From the NCBI GenBank assembly GCA_964036045.1, contig OZ038378.1:7750001-7814000 (forward strand): a DNA stretch of 64,000 nt. Direction: 5' to 3'. Under the pieces are notes generated by a model. The model saw only the letters and a program-made list of their open reading frames with translations, was not told the DNA's origin and searched no databases. The first letter of the stretch is position 1; every line of letters starts with the position of its first letter. The position numbers and the translations under genes are program-made. Source of the DNA: Eutreptiella sp. 'Long Island Sound 2002' (taxonomy: Eukaryota; Protista; Euglenida). Below are positions 13,144 to 27,489 of this stretch, piece after piece.

Positions 13144-14013
13144 CTAGGTGGCTCCACCACACGGCTCTAAGCTACGTGCGAAGGGCACAAAGTGGTGCAT
13201 ACATGTGGTGGAAGGGGCTAAACTCGGTCAAAACGGGCTCAAAATGGGCTCAAAACACTTGTTTGAGCATCCCAAATGGTCCGGGATCACTTTTGGAAAA
13301 ACGCGTTTTGACCCATTTTTGACCCATTTTTGGTCCCAAAATGGCCCATTTTCAAGGCATTTTGGGATTTTCCATGGCCCAAAACGCGCCACCACGGGTT
13401 CAAAACGGCCTAAAAACACTTGTTTGAGCATCCCAAGTGGTCTAGGAACAACTTTGGAAAAAATCATTTTTTTCGCCCTAGGGACCCTGGTGGACCCACC
13501 GTTGGCCCCCATTGTGCGTGGGCTGGCCGGCCCTCCGGCTGCACCAAGTGACCACTGGTACGGGGGTCTACGTGTCTCGTTGGGCGATTCTGAAGCTTGG
13601 AAACCATACAAAGTGGGGGGTTGCGGGTGGACTAGGCGCCCTCGGAATTCGTTTTTGAGCCACGTAGCCCAAGATACGGCCCGTGCTTGGTTTCGGGGTG
13701 TTGGTGCACATTGCGCAGTTTTTGGGGCTTTTTGGCGCCTTTTTGGGCCGTTTCTCGGACATATCGTGGATGTAGAGGGCAAGAAAGGGCTCCTGGTCAC
13801 GGGGCAATTGAGGCGCACGCGGAGTGTAGGAACCATTTGCCGTCATTTGCCCGTTTTGACTAAGTTTCGGCGCCGTTTTGGGCCAAAAAGGGCTGTCTTG
13901 GGGCACAAAATGCGCAGTTTTGGAGGGGCACCTCCCGACTTGGCGCCGCCGCCCCGGGGCGCCAGCGGTGAGTTTTTGGCTCAAAACTTGGATTTGGCAA
14001 GGCCACCACCTAG
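13144..14013. mobile_element. Probable non-autonomous interspersed element (about 870 bp) with 8-bp inverted ends
   Basis: CTAGGTGG at 13144 and CCACCTAG ending 14013. It has internal short duplications (CAAAACACTTGTTTGAGCATCCCAA twice). The 290-aa ORF has no recognisable domain. Confidence 0.35.
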
Positions 14014-15779
14014 GCTCTAGGATGGCTAGAGTAGAGTAGAGCCCGGAGCGATGAGGCCGAGCAATGGCCAAAACGGAAAGGAGAAGTGCTTGTTGCTTGC
14101 TTGCTTGTTGTTGCTTGTTAGCTGGATTTAAGGGGAGAGGGGTGTAGTAATATATGTACTACTGCACCCATCGCACCTGTGTACATTTCCATGGCACATG
14201 CGTGTATATGTGCACCATAGCATGAATGCATGTGCACAGCATGTGTGCATAATAGCACACATGCACGTGCAGACCAGCACGGAGTTGTGTGCAAATGTAC
14301 CACAGTGTGCTTGTGCATGAACCATGAAGGAACCACATTGCCACAAGAAAAACATTTCAGAGAGTTATTGGGGACAAGGATTTTTTGTGCACCCAGTTTG
14401 ATGACTTAACACACATGCACACGTGCCATATTGCACTTGTACCATGGTTCATTCATTCATTGTGTGGCAGCTTAACCCTTGCCTGGGAGTGAGTTCAGGA
14501 TGGTGCACGTGTACATGTAGCATAGCACGTTTTACAATGGAACCAAGAAAAGTGAAAATCAAGACATGCGACCTGCAGATTACACAGTCAGTGTTCATAA
14601 ACATTGCACTTGTCAAATGGGTCAATGGTGCCCACTAACTTGGGCAGTTTGGATACAGTGCTTTGTGTAAAGGGGCAGACGCAGTGGGATGTCAGGCTGG
14701 GAGTTTTGTACTCAGCACAGCACACATTATGAGTTGCGCACATTGCGCAATACATATTGCACATGGCTAGAGGTTAGAATTAGTCCCAATTATAACACTT
14801 TCAAATAGCCTGTGTTGCTGATTGTTTGTTTTCAAATCAACAAATTTACCCCCATTATTGAATTTGCACACGCAAAAAAAAGGCAACAAATGACCAAAAA
14901 TGTGGTGTGCACTGCACAGCTTTTGGCCCTGGTTTATTTCGTTGAAAGGACTGCACATCTTTGTTATGCATCATGCTGCACATTGTGCACACCACAACAC
15001 TACACATTTTGCACTTTGAGATGAGCAAGGCCCAGAAATTCTCATTACCGGAACCTTGCCAGAGACGAATCCAAAATATGGAAAAATATGGGAAAATGCG
15101 GGGGAATGGGTGAAGATGTGTCGCTTTTGGGATACTGAGTCGAAAACCGGTGATAAACCACCTCCAAAGAGGTAGAAAATGGTGGTTTTCAGTGCTACTG
15201 GGACAGGGGGGGGGGGGTTCTGGGCAATGGCCAGAGGAAAAATGGTGAAAATGGGGCACAAGTTGGAGATGTTGCTAACGTTGCCTTCCTTGTATGATGT
15301 TGCCCGCCGCACACTGGCTGTCTCGGCAATTTCATGTGATGTGGGGCGCTGCTTTTCTCTTTGAAATGGGTGCGGGATGAACGGCAGCAGAACATGAAAT
15401 GTGACAGTCACCGTGGGGCTGTGTTGTTGCTCTTCAATGGAATTATTATTATGGAATTATTAAATGCATGACTGTTATGGAGCTTCTAAGGCTGTGTGCC
15501 GCGACAACCAACGGTCAATTCTCAATACTGTTTGTTCTCGTTGTCAAGTGGCAACAGCCCTCCTTGTCCAAAATACGCCTAAATCCAAAAGAAGACTATA
15601 ATCAGTATACAGAATTGTCAATGCCTGTTGGATGGGACATCTTTGCTGGTCATGATGCTTGATCTTTGAGATAATATGGCTTTCAATGGGTAGACAGAGG
15701 GCACATAACCACAAATGAACCCATTTTAACAGTCTGCATGCAACCCATTGGGAGGACAAGAAGAAGACAAAAAAGTGGC

Positions 15780-16019
15780 TGTGGGGCTGATGGCCACATG
15801 GGGGCCGTACACAACCAGCACGTTGTGGCTCTTGGGCACGTGGTGGGCGAAGGCCTTGAATCCGGTTTTGCCAGCAAAAGGGATGCCCCCCAGGCCGGCA
15901 AAGTCGAAATTCTTCCCGAAATGCTGCAAAAGCAAATGCGACAGGTCCCCCAAAGAGTTCTGAATCTCAGTAGGGTAGAAGCTGGTGGCCAGCATTGTGG
16001 TGTCGGAGAAGTTTGGCAC
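15780..16019 (-). CDS. Exon of an LCIB/LCIC (theta-type carbonic anhydrase) family protein; possibly a pseudo-enzyme or pseudogene fragment
   Basis: Translation TMLATSFYPTEIQNSLGDLSHLLLQHFGKNFDFAGLGGIPFAGKTGFKAFAHHVPKSHNVLVVYGPHVAISPT matches the LCIB signature (F.LGGL.G.PF.G.TGF.A...H.P....LVVYGPHVG). A pyrimidine tract plus AG lies just upstream on the minus strand (AG at 16021-16020). There is no GT donor at the 3' boundary, and the other exons were not found. Confidence 0.75.
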
Positions 16020-16057
16020 CTTCAAGTGTAGAAATTGTAGAAACATGAAAGTCAATA

Positions 16058-16667
16058 CCCCCCCCCCCCTTCCCGTGTCCAACGATCAATTTTTGTCCTC
16101 AAAAAATACGGTCCGAACGGGGTGTACGTTGGACACGCCATTCGGTGCACGCAACAATATTGCAAAACGGCGGTAACACATCCCTAGGCACAAGACACCC
16201 AGCCCATTCAAGGCACAAAGGGATGGAGGCCTCCAATTCGCACTTTTCAGAGTAGAAGCCCTTGTTGCGGTGCCGCTCCATGCGGAAAAGCTGAACATGC
16301 TCTCCGAGCTTGGGGCTCTACTCGTTCTTGGCACAGGTAGAAGTGGCAGCCCGATCCAGCTTAGGGACCGGTGGGACAAACACCACTTGTATAGCACCTC
16401 CCGGCCAGGCAAGCAGGAGAATCAGTCATGGTGGGCAATAGAGCTCCTGTGGTTGAGGGACACCATTCCCTCACACCCTGCTTTACAAATTTACCCACAA
16501 TTACTCACTACAACCCCTCATTTCCCCAATCCTTTGGCCTGAAACCTCGATTCTGAAGCCCTGTACATAATTACGTACGTAATTAATTCGGTCCTAAAAA
16601 AATATGGTCCGAACAGAAGTGTTCGTTGGACACGGCATTCGTTGGACACGGGGGGGGGGGGGGGGGG
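16058..16667. mobile_element. C-run/G-run-capped inverted-repeat element related to 2139-2493
   Basis: Left end is a C-run followed by CCCGTGTCCAACGA; right end is TCGTTGGACACG followed by a G-run. It shares the QSWWAI...TTPHFPNPL-encoding segment and AAAAAA(G/A)TA(C/T)GGTCCGAAC with the 2.1-2.5 kb element. Confidence 0.6.
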
Positions 16668-18295
16668 ACAAATTATGTGAGTGCCAAAAAACCGCCGCCA
16701 CTCTGGGGAGGATAAGGCAGACTTGGCCATAAAAATGGCGATGGGTCGGCATCTCGTGAGGTGACTTCTCAGGCATAGAAGGCGTTAGTGCAGGCTTACT
16801 CGACGAAGGCGCCATCAGGAGTCCACACAAATCGTCATTGTGTGCCTTGGCCGTAAGCAAGGCAATGGGTGCTAACCTCCATCTTCTCACTGAAAAACAT
16901 CTCGTGTGTCATGACTGCATCATCTAGGCGTCTAGATACCAAATGCATAGTATCCCCCATGTATGTGTATCATAAGGATTTCGTAAAGCGTCGCCATTTT
17001 GATTAAAATTGTGAGCGACACGAATGACCTGCATGGTAATGGCTTTGTGCAACCAAAGGGTCTTGTACACGTAGAATGCCCGGGAGGGTTGTGCATTGTG
17101 GGGCTGGGGAGTAGAAGACAGCCATGAAGATGTCGCAGGTGGCCGGTTGCAGCCAAGGTGAACATCGAGACACAGGGTTTCCTTTTCATTTGCTTCAATG
17201 GGATTTCAAAAAGGGCCGACCAGTGGAGCAGGGTGCATACCAACCTCGCCCAAACAACCTCATAACCACAAAACACTGAAACTCACCATCTACAGGTCAA
17301 ACTTTGCACCTAAAAATCACAGAGCACTCCTGAAATACGTCCAATCTAATCTGTAAACATGGCCCTTGCACTCACTATTTGGAGTCATATAGGGGCTGTC
17401 TTGAAGGAAAAAGCCAGAGAGGGAAATCAACTGGGCATGTCTATGTCACAAGTATGCTCGCATGCAAAACATTTCAATGCATCTCTTTGTCCACATGCCT
17501 GGTAAAGATAGGTATCACTATCTTCCTCATCAGGCTTTCGTGGAAAAGTCAGATTTAAGTTGCAGTGCACAGTTCCCTGGAGATTGAAGACGCTATCATC
17601 TGGAGACTGTTCCGTTGGGGCATTGTAGACACCCCATGCATCGCTGAGTGTGTTGGGGGGGTGGCTGGTATTAAATTGCTTGTCCCCTATTCCTATTCGT
17701 TTGCATCCTCAGAGGGGGCATTGCATGCGTTGCGGACACACTATGTGCGAACCTTGTTTTCCATACCACCATTCGGAAATCCATCATAAGGCAAGTTTGA
17801 GCAACTGAGTGATTCCCATTTATTCCACGTTTCTTCATTTTGCAGATGGAGCCCCAGGGAGAGCTAGCACCCTATAGTTGGTTGCCATGGGTAAGGATTA
17901 CAGATGCCACACTCGGACACCAGGAGCAGCTAATACCCTTTGGTATCCATGCCTGTTTCGACACGGTAGAACTACAAGCTGGGACATTTTGCTTGTAGGT
18001 GATTTTATGACCTTTTCTTAGAAAGCCCTTTTAGGGTTTCTGATGCTTGCCAAACGTGCAGTATTGCAGTAAAAAAGGCGAAGCCATCCATCCGTCCGAA
18101 CCCCCCACCCCCCCCAAGGGTGGGACGACCGTAGCCATGACGTGGATCAGACAGCACAGATGGAGGTCGGGGCTCTGGCAATTTGCATCCCTGCATCCGA
18201 CAGGATCCCTGTCTCAATGCCCTGTTGAGGACCATAGCGATCACAGGGGTGTCTCAGACACGTCGCGCAGATTGCACAAGCACGGCCTCGTCTAA

Positions 18296-19696
<1,401 letters not shown>

Positions 19697-22600
19697 CAGT
19701 GCATGTCCCTGTGTGTTTTGGGTCGTTTTGGTGCATCCTGCGGCCATTGGTCGGGGCCGTTCGCAATGGACCCGGGTTCGGTTCCCGCTGTGGCTGTGGA
19801 GGCGGGGGCGTGCAGCGCTCTTTGACCACTGCCTCTAAACGGCGCCTGCATTTGTTTGGCAGCTGCACATCGGCGGCGGCGTGTGGTTACCCCCCCGTGT
19901 TCTGCGACTGCAATGGGCCGTTGCAGTGCCCATCATCCAGAGGCAATTTCTAGGCCGGGGGGTGATCGGCAGGGGTATGGACGAGTGCGCATCAATGCGC
20001 CCCCCCCTCCCCCTCGCTGTGCCCCCCCTTCTTTGTATTTCCCTCGACCGTTTTAATGTGAGTTAATTTAGTTTGAATTTAATTTAATTTGGGATCTCGG
20101 CAGGTGTCTACAGCAATAAATTATGCAGGGTGGTGGGTTGCAAGGCCATGCACTTGGCCATGTGTCATGCAGGCCACTCAGGTTTTCAGTGATCCATGTT
20201 GATCACAGTGACATGCACCCGGCGAGTCCTGTTGTAAATTTCAAGCATTCATCGGGCACTGTTGTGCTTGTCCCGATTCAGGGCCCGGCAAGGTGGCACC
20301 TTGAACTTCCAGTGGCTCCTTTTGAGCATGCTCAGCTGTTCCAGGTCAGATATTCGCGCCATTGGCACATGCGGCCTATTTCGCACTAGACCTGAATACA
20401 CACCACAACGTCCTTCGTCATGGTCGTTTTGTGCATGATCTTTGCCTTCGCTCTGTGCATGTCTTACTGTGCGCAATGTTCCTGATTTTCTCGCGGTGGT
20501 GGGGGAGGTGGGGGAGGGGGGGGAGGGGGGGGGGGGTCAGGGAACTGTCACTCAGGCCGTGTCCTCTCGGGGGCGTCAGGGAAGCGTTGTGCCCCACCGA
20601 TTGCCCAACACGGGGGAGGGGCGGAAAGCTCTCTATCCCTCTCGGTCCATTTCTCTCTCTCTCTCTATCTCTCTCTATGCCCAGTGCATATCAGCCCATT
20701 CCCTCAGCGGACGCTGTACTCGATTGTGTTCCCGCTGAACGTTGTGAACCATGTCCACCCTGTCATTTGTGGTGGGGTCATCGTAGCACTGGACAGCTCC
20801 GAACTTTGATTCCGAGAGGTTGTGTCGAACCATATGATGAACAGGGTGCCCCAGCTCACCTTGGTCTGGACCAAACAAACATTCAAAAACACCATGTCCA
20901 CCCTGGCAACACACTCACCCCGTGGGGGTCCAGGCCTAACGTTGGGGTCACTTGATTCCAGGGTTGTTCCTGAGTACTTTCACACGCACTCACTCCGTTG
21001 GACTGAAGCTGCACTTTCTGAGAGTCGAACAAAAAACAAAGGCATATTGGCCCATCCCCTTATTTTCATGGTCCAACCCCGTCTCCGTTCGGGGCTGGGG
21101 ATGGGGTGCCTGTCCGGTGCACGAGGGGCAGGAGTGGAGCCTCAGGGCCGGCCTGGCCTCTCCCAGCGCTGCACCGTACGCACTGCGGGGGAACTGAAAG
21201 CAAAGCCATACCACGCACACCCCTCAGGACTTCTCCTGAGCCACTGCCGCGTGGCAGGAGCATCGCACGGACGGCAGTCCCGCACATTCCTGGGCCACGG
21301 GTCCCGCGCATGTGACCGACGCCCCCCCGCGCTGACGTGCACCGCCGAGTCTCTCTCCAGAGCGCATCTCGACGCAGGGGCGCCACGTCACCAAAAACTC
21401 AACAGGACCTCTTCCCAGACAAATGTGTCATTGGTGCGTCGGATGGGCTGAGCTCTGTCCGGACCTGTGTGGGCGTTGTTTGGCGGCCAATCTTGACTGC
21501 CCCACACTGGGCCCGAGGAGTTATATGAGCGCTTGTGTCTATGGCCTGAAGTAGTGCACTTTGTGTGCGACAGTTCATGTGCAAAAGCATTCAAAAGTTC
21601 AATCAATTCAATGGCACAGCGAAGCCCCTTGTTTTCTCAGCAGGTTCCGCGAAGAGCCAAGTGCGACAGCACGCGCCTGTTTGATGAGGTAATACGGGCG
21701 GCCGGCCTTCAAAGGGGGCGAGGGGGGGGGTCAACAGAAACTTGGGGGGCGGGGGGGCTCCTGATTGACAGGGATCATTTTTGCGTGGAAAAGAGGCTGT
21801 GGTTTGTCTCCCTCCTCTTTGGGGCCCGATATACCTGATGCGATGGGGGTCATGGTTTGAATCCTCCCCCGTGTTGGGGGTCGGGTTGTGGAGCCATTTT
21901 GACGTCTTCCTGCTTTTGGGTCCACCGATGCATGTGTGGCCGACGTGGGGTCCGTGGTACTGTCGGAGTCATGCAGCCGTTTTGAATCCTCGGGGGGGCA
22001 GGGGCCCTTAGGCTCGAATGCCACAGAAGGCTTTGTTTTGGGGTTCCTGTCAGTGGTCAAGGGCGTACATGGACTGCTCGGCGAAAAAGGTGCGATGCCC
22101 CGGTGCAGATGGGGTACGGGGTGTCGTGTGCGGAGACATTGACATGCGGTTTGTTGGCACGTGTGCCGGTGTGTAGAGGCGGAGTGTGGGCAGGGGGGGT
22201 GGCGGCGTGCGCTGGTGCACCGGATGCCATGCCACAAGTTGGGGCTGGTGTTGGATTTGGAGGGTGTGTTTAAGGGCCGAGTGGAGGGGGGGAGACCGGT
22301 TTGGGCATGAGTGCGAGATGGTGTGAGGACATGCGGGAACAGATTGTGTGTGGGGGAGGGGGCAGGGGCCGAGATGACTCGCGCCAATTCCTGAGGGTGC
22401 CTATGGCCCTTTCCTTGAACAAGAAGGTGAGAATTCAGGCGGCGCCTCTGGTGCGTGTGAGGGCGGCTCCGGCGCCTTATCTGCACTGCAACGCGTGTCA
22501 ACGGTCGTACGGTGATGAATGCCAGGGCAAATTTGGGGGATGACGGCCATCGTCGTTGTATGGCCAATGCACGCCTGCGCGGAGAGACGGAGCGTGAGCA

Positions 22601-22934
22601 CGGGGGAGTTGCGGTGGTGCCATGGGCGCTGTCAGGCAGGCGCCCAGGGGGACGGATGGTGGTGGTGTTGGATTCCGAACGCAACAAGACAACAGTGGAA
22701 TGACACCCCAAGTGGTAGCGCCATGGATGGCGGGTGGAGGGTGGGGCAGGGGGGGCAGGGGGGGCACAGCGCTTTGTGGGAGGCCATACTGTCCCATTGT
22801 GAGGCAGGCGGTGAGTATGTGTAGGTACGCTGGGGACCCTGCCGTTCGGGGGTGCACGGCAATCATGGGTCGAATTTTTGGAACAAGGACACAAAATGCA
22901 CCCGAACAACTGCTCTTCTCTTTAGCGATCACAA

Positions 22935-23018
22935 ATGAAGTTCTGTCTGGCCTTTGACGGCTCCGCTGAATCGCATGCCGCCGTGGAGCTGCTCCAGCTG
23001 ATGTTCAGGAAGGAGAAG
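22935..23018 (+). CDS. Tandem universal stress protein (two USP domains), exon 1
   Basis: MKFCLAFDGSAESHAAVELL is a typical USP N-terminal strand. Donor GT at 23019, phase 0. A pyrimidine tract plus TTTAG ends at 22925. Confidence 0.85.
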
Positions 23019-23664
23019 GTGTGTGGTGCGCCTGGTGCACGTCAACCATCACAGGAGTTGTTGCACAGCCCTGCCAGGCGCCTGTAGCACTGCGCAGAAG
23101 ATATGCCCGTGCATCGTAGGCACCCGCAATCCGAACCCAGGGAACGGGAAGGAGCAGACGGAGACGGGTGCCGGCTTCAAGGCCTCCTTGCGACTCCCTG
23201 GAGACGTGAAGCGAGGGATGCACCCACAGGCCGCGTCTGCAAAGGCCGCTTCTGAGGTCCAAAGGTGCGGACCTGCGAGCCTGGCCTTGCAGTCTTCACA
23301 CGTCGGTCGATGGCTCGATTTCGATAATACTTTACGCAATGGCACGGGGGTCAGAGGAAGGCATGGGCATTCCAAAGGGTCCTCGGTTTGGAGGGCGGTG
23401 CTGGTGCGTGCGGTGGCTGGATGTATCGCGCGGGGGGGGGGGGGGGGTGCGTTCTCCTTCGCAGGTACGTCAGCATTTGATGTGCAAGTCATTGGGTGCA
23501 GACAGCCCCCCCCCCCCATGGAGAAACGGAAACAGCGGACCAAAACAGCGGCTTGGTGGACCTTCACTGAAGGAAAGGGAAGGGAAGGGCAGCGAATGGC
23601 GATCGGCCAGTGGGCGCCGCCAGCTGCAGACGAGAGCACAATACCATGGCTTCTTGCCAAACCT

Positions 23665-26480
23665 CCCCCCTGTGTGACATTCCGTCTGGTTGTTGCTCCT
23701 TTACGGGGCCCTGGACGGTCACCCGTTCTTCCCTTCGCATGTTGCGTCGGGTCGCTACTTTCTGTCGGCCGCTGCGGCCGGTGCTCTTGCTGGTGTCGTT
23801 TTCGCGTTCGCGGAGCCCAGTAGTTGGCGTGTTGGGACTGTGCTGAATGTGGCATGGTGTGCCGTTTGCGTGTCAGCGGCGCCCAATAGTTGGCGTATTG
23901 AGGATGTGCTGGTTGTTGCTGGGGTCGTTTGACTGTGTTTGCTGTCCACACACCTCTCTCCACAGGCCGTCCATAGCCTGCCTCGCTGTGTTTCTGTGCG
24001 GCCCAGGTGCCCTGTTCCTCCACGCGCTGTCCGGGCCGTCCACCATATGTTCTTTTCCCCCTCACGGTTGGTCTGCCCCTGATGGGCTCCCACTCCTGTT
24101 GCGCAAACAGCCCATCTGGGCTGCGGGAGACACCCCCCACCTGATGCCGGTTGAGCAGGGGTTGCCCTGGCACCCGGTAGCGACGGGGTTGGCTGGCCAA
24201 GCCATCCCCTTTATTGTCGCTGCCTCCCATGCGCACGCTCTGCCATCCGCTCCATTCTGGTTCTCTGTTCCCGCTGTTCCAGTTGCCTCTCCCGCCTTGC
24301 TGTGCCCCTCCTCCTTGTCTGCTTTACCCGCCCTTGTCCCTCCTGGTGTGGCTCCCGCGTTCTGTGTGTCTGTGTTGCTCCTCCCCCTGTCTGGTGGCGC
24401 TGCTGGGTGCCCATGTCGCGCACCCCCTCCTGTCCCACCCGCTTGCCCCCTCATACGAGGATTTCACATCTCCACACAACGTGGACTGCCCCGTGCCCGG
24501 TTGGCTGTTCACGGCCCTGTTGCCACCCCCGTGGCGGGCACCTCCCGGAGCGCGGGGTGCAGCCCCCGCCCTTGTGGAGTACGTGGGCACCTTGTAGAGG
24601 GAGGGGGGGTGTTTGCTGATGGCTCGCTCGGCGTGCGCTGCATTTGGTGGTTGCTGCAGTGCTCGCACCTCACGGTTCCCTTGTGTCTTGTTGTGTGTCC
24701 TGTTTGGGCTCGTCTCCCTGCCGTGTGTAGGGCGGCCTTGTGCCCAGCTGTTTTGCTGCTTGCGTTCCTCCCAGTTTCGGGCTCTTTCTTTTTCTGCTGG
24801 CCTGCTCACTGCTTCTGGTCTGCGGCGCCAGGGGGGTAGCATGTCGCTCCTCGCATCCCATTGTGGCTGTTGGGTTGTCCCACTCGCAGTTGGGTGGTGC
24901 AAGGGGCACCAGGCACTTTTGCACATGTCTCCAAATCTACAAACTGACCTGTCACCGGTGTTTGTTGGGGTTGTTCTGGGGTGAATGTGTTGCGTTGTTG
25001 CTCTTTTGCTTTCTGGGCTGCTGAGGGGCTCCCCGTTTGAGGACTTCACTCCAGGCTGTCCACGCCTCGGAGCTAGGGACTCGTGTGAGTCCACCCCCTG
25101 GTTGGTCGTGTGCAGTGACCACCAATGGTTTGGACGCTGTGTCTCATAAGCGTGCCCAAGGCCCCTGCACTAGGCCTTGGTGACAGAAGTTAGCTACTCG
25201 CGGGCAGTACATGTTTTAGGTCGCTGCCCAATGGACAACCGCGTAGCCGGCTGCCAACCCCCCGCAGGGGCGACCCCCTTACTTAGGTTTGGGTTGCCTT
25301 CCCCTCCCGGTGTGGTCGGGATGGTGATGGCTCCCGGGATTGCATCAGGTAAGCATCCCTTCTATGTTGTGTGTAGGTGTGGCCTTGGTTGTTGCGTGTG
25401 TGGTGGGCGCCGTGTGGGCGTTGGGGTGTGGGGTCTTGGGCTCTTGGTGGTGCTCCCTGTGTATGCCGTGTTTGTGGGCGGCGGTGGCTGGGTGTGGGTG
25501 AAGTGTCCGTGTGGTGGGTTTGGCTCCCACCCTGGGTGTTGGGTGTTTGGCTGGTGTTGGTGTTCGCGGCGGGTGGTGTGGCTGTCCGCCACTGTTGTTG
25601 TGGTATACTACTTTGCTGTGCTCTTTTGTAGTTGTGTGCTGCTGCGTGCTGTTGTGTGCTGGCGAGTTGCATTGTGTGCCTCTGCCGGCTTTGGCCTGCA
25701 GTGCTGCGTTATGTGCTATGCTGCCTCCGCGTTGTGCGCTACGCTGCCTCCATGAGGCGCGGCGGCCGCGGCTACCCGGGCAGGGCCGCTCCTCCCGTGG
25801 GGGCCGAGTTCGGGTAACCTCCGAAGCGCTTGGACAGGGCCGCCCACCCATTGGCGGGGCCGAGTCCGAGCCCCCGGGGCCTGCCTGTGATTCTTGCGCG
25901 CGCGCGCCCCGTTTGTGGGCGGCGGTGGCTGTGCGTGGGTGCAGTGCCCGTGTGGTGGGTCTGCCCCCCACACTGGGCGTGGGGTGTTGGGCTGGCGCTA
26001 GTGCTTGCGGCGGGTGGTGTGGCTGTCTGCCGCCATCATTGTGGTACACTGCTTTGCTTTGTTTTGCTATACGGTGTGCTGCGTGCTTTCGTGTGCTGGT
26101 AAATTTCGCTATGTGTCTCTGCCTGCTCTTCGGTGCTGCGCTGCCTTGTGCGCTACGCTGCCTCCATGAGGTGTGGCGGCCGCGGCTACCCGGGTAGGGC
26201 CACTCTTCCCGTCGGGGCCAAGCCCAGGTAACCTCCGAAGTGCTTGGACAGGGCCGCCCAACCATTGGCGGGGCCGAATCCGAGCCTCCGGGGCCTGCCT
26301 ACGAGGTTTGTGCACTGCTCTCCTTTGTGCGCCTCCGTCCGCTCCATGTGCTTGGGCGTCGTGTTGCCCTATGTTATTCTCATTTGCGTTGCGCTGCACT
26401 GTGCTGCATTCTGTTGGATCTGCATGCCTGGGCATTGTGCTGAACTCCTTAACGCCTCTGGGAGGCTGCCGCGATTAGCC
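23665..26480 (-). mobile_element. Longest copy of an interspersed repeat ('family A') inside USP intron 1; inner boundary approximate
   Basis: 23665-24305 is shared with the copies at 26853-27489, 30243-30381 and 32903-33292. It contains a minus-strand ORF with CRFGDMCKSAWCPLHHP (CCCH-like) and an internal duplication of about 415 bp. C-runs lie on both sides. Confidence 0.6.
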
Positions 26481-26852
26481 CCCCCCCCCCCCCCCCTCTG
26501 TCCGCACAACACCCGTTTGGCCGAGGCAGAGCTTTGCCGGTTGTTGTCCCCCACTGCGCGGTCCTATCGGTCCGTCTGCGCTTTCAGCCCCGAACATGTG
26601 ACGTGCACAATGTTGTGGCGACCTGAGTCCAGAGGGGGACGCCCACGGCCGATCTGAGGGCACGTCACTTCCTTCGGCTGACGTGTCAAAAACGTACGAT
26701 GATCCCGCACCCGCGCGGTCTTTGTTGGGGCCCCTCCAGTGGCGACGGCTTCTTGGCCTCCCACACACGCCCCGCGCTGTGCCGTCGGCGCTGTCCGCCC
26801 CGCACTCGGGGCCGTCTGCCCACCACTGCACACGGCACTGTGCCCATGGTAC

Positions 26853-27489
26853 GCACAGCAAGGCGGGAGAGGCAACTGGAACAGCGGGAACAGAGAACCA
26901 GAATGGAGCGGATGGCAGATCGTGCGCATGGGAGGCAGCGACAATAAAGGGGATGGCTTGGCCAGCCAACCCCGTCGCTACCGGGTGCCAGGGCAACCCC
27001 TGCTCAACCGGCATCAGGTGGGGGGTGTCTCCCGCAGCCCAGATGGGCTGTTTGCGCAACAGGAGTGGGAGCCCATCAGGGGCAGACCAGCCGTGAGGGG
27101 GAAAGGGGCATATGGTGGACGGCCCGGACAGCGCGTGGAGGAAGGCACCTGGACCGCACAGAAACACAGCGAGGCAGGCTATGGGCGGCCTGTGGAGAGA
27201 GGTGTGTGGACAGCAAACACAGTCAAACGACCCCAGCAACAACCAGCACATCCTCAATACGCCAACTATTGGGCGCCGCTGACACGCAAACGGCACACCA
27301 CGCCGCATCCAGCACAGTCCCAACACGCCAACTACTGGGCTCCGCGAACGCGAAAACGACACCAGCAAGAGCACCGGCCGCAGCGGCCGACAGAAAGTAG
27401 CGACCCGACGCAACATGCGAAGGGAAGAACGGGTGACCGTCCAGGGCCCCGTAAAGGAGCAACAACCAGACGGAATGTCACACAGGGGG
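26853..27489 (+). mobile_element. Family A truncated copy (about 640 bp), inverted relative to 23665-24305
   Basis: Near-identical reverse complement of 23665-24305, ending CCAGACGGAATGTCACACAGGGGG. Confidence 0.8.

Noticed and set aside
13148-14020. 290-aa ORF as a transposase
   Set aside because: No DDE, RT, YR or HUH motif is recognisable. Treated as non-coding repeat sequence.
21012-21035. ACTTTCTGAGAGTC resembling the start of the euglenid spliced-leader exon
   Set aside because: The match stops after about 14 nt, with no T-rich SL end, donor site or Sm-site context. Probably chance.
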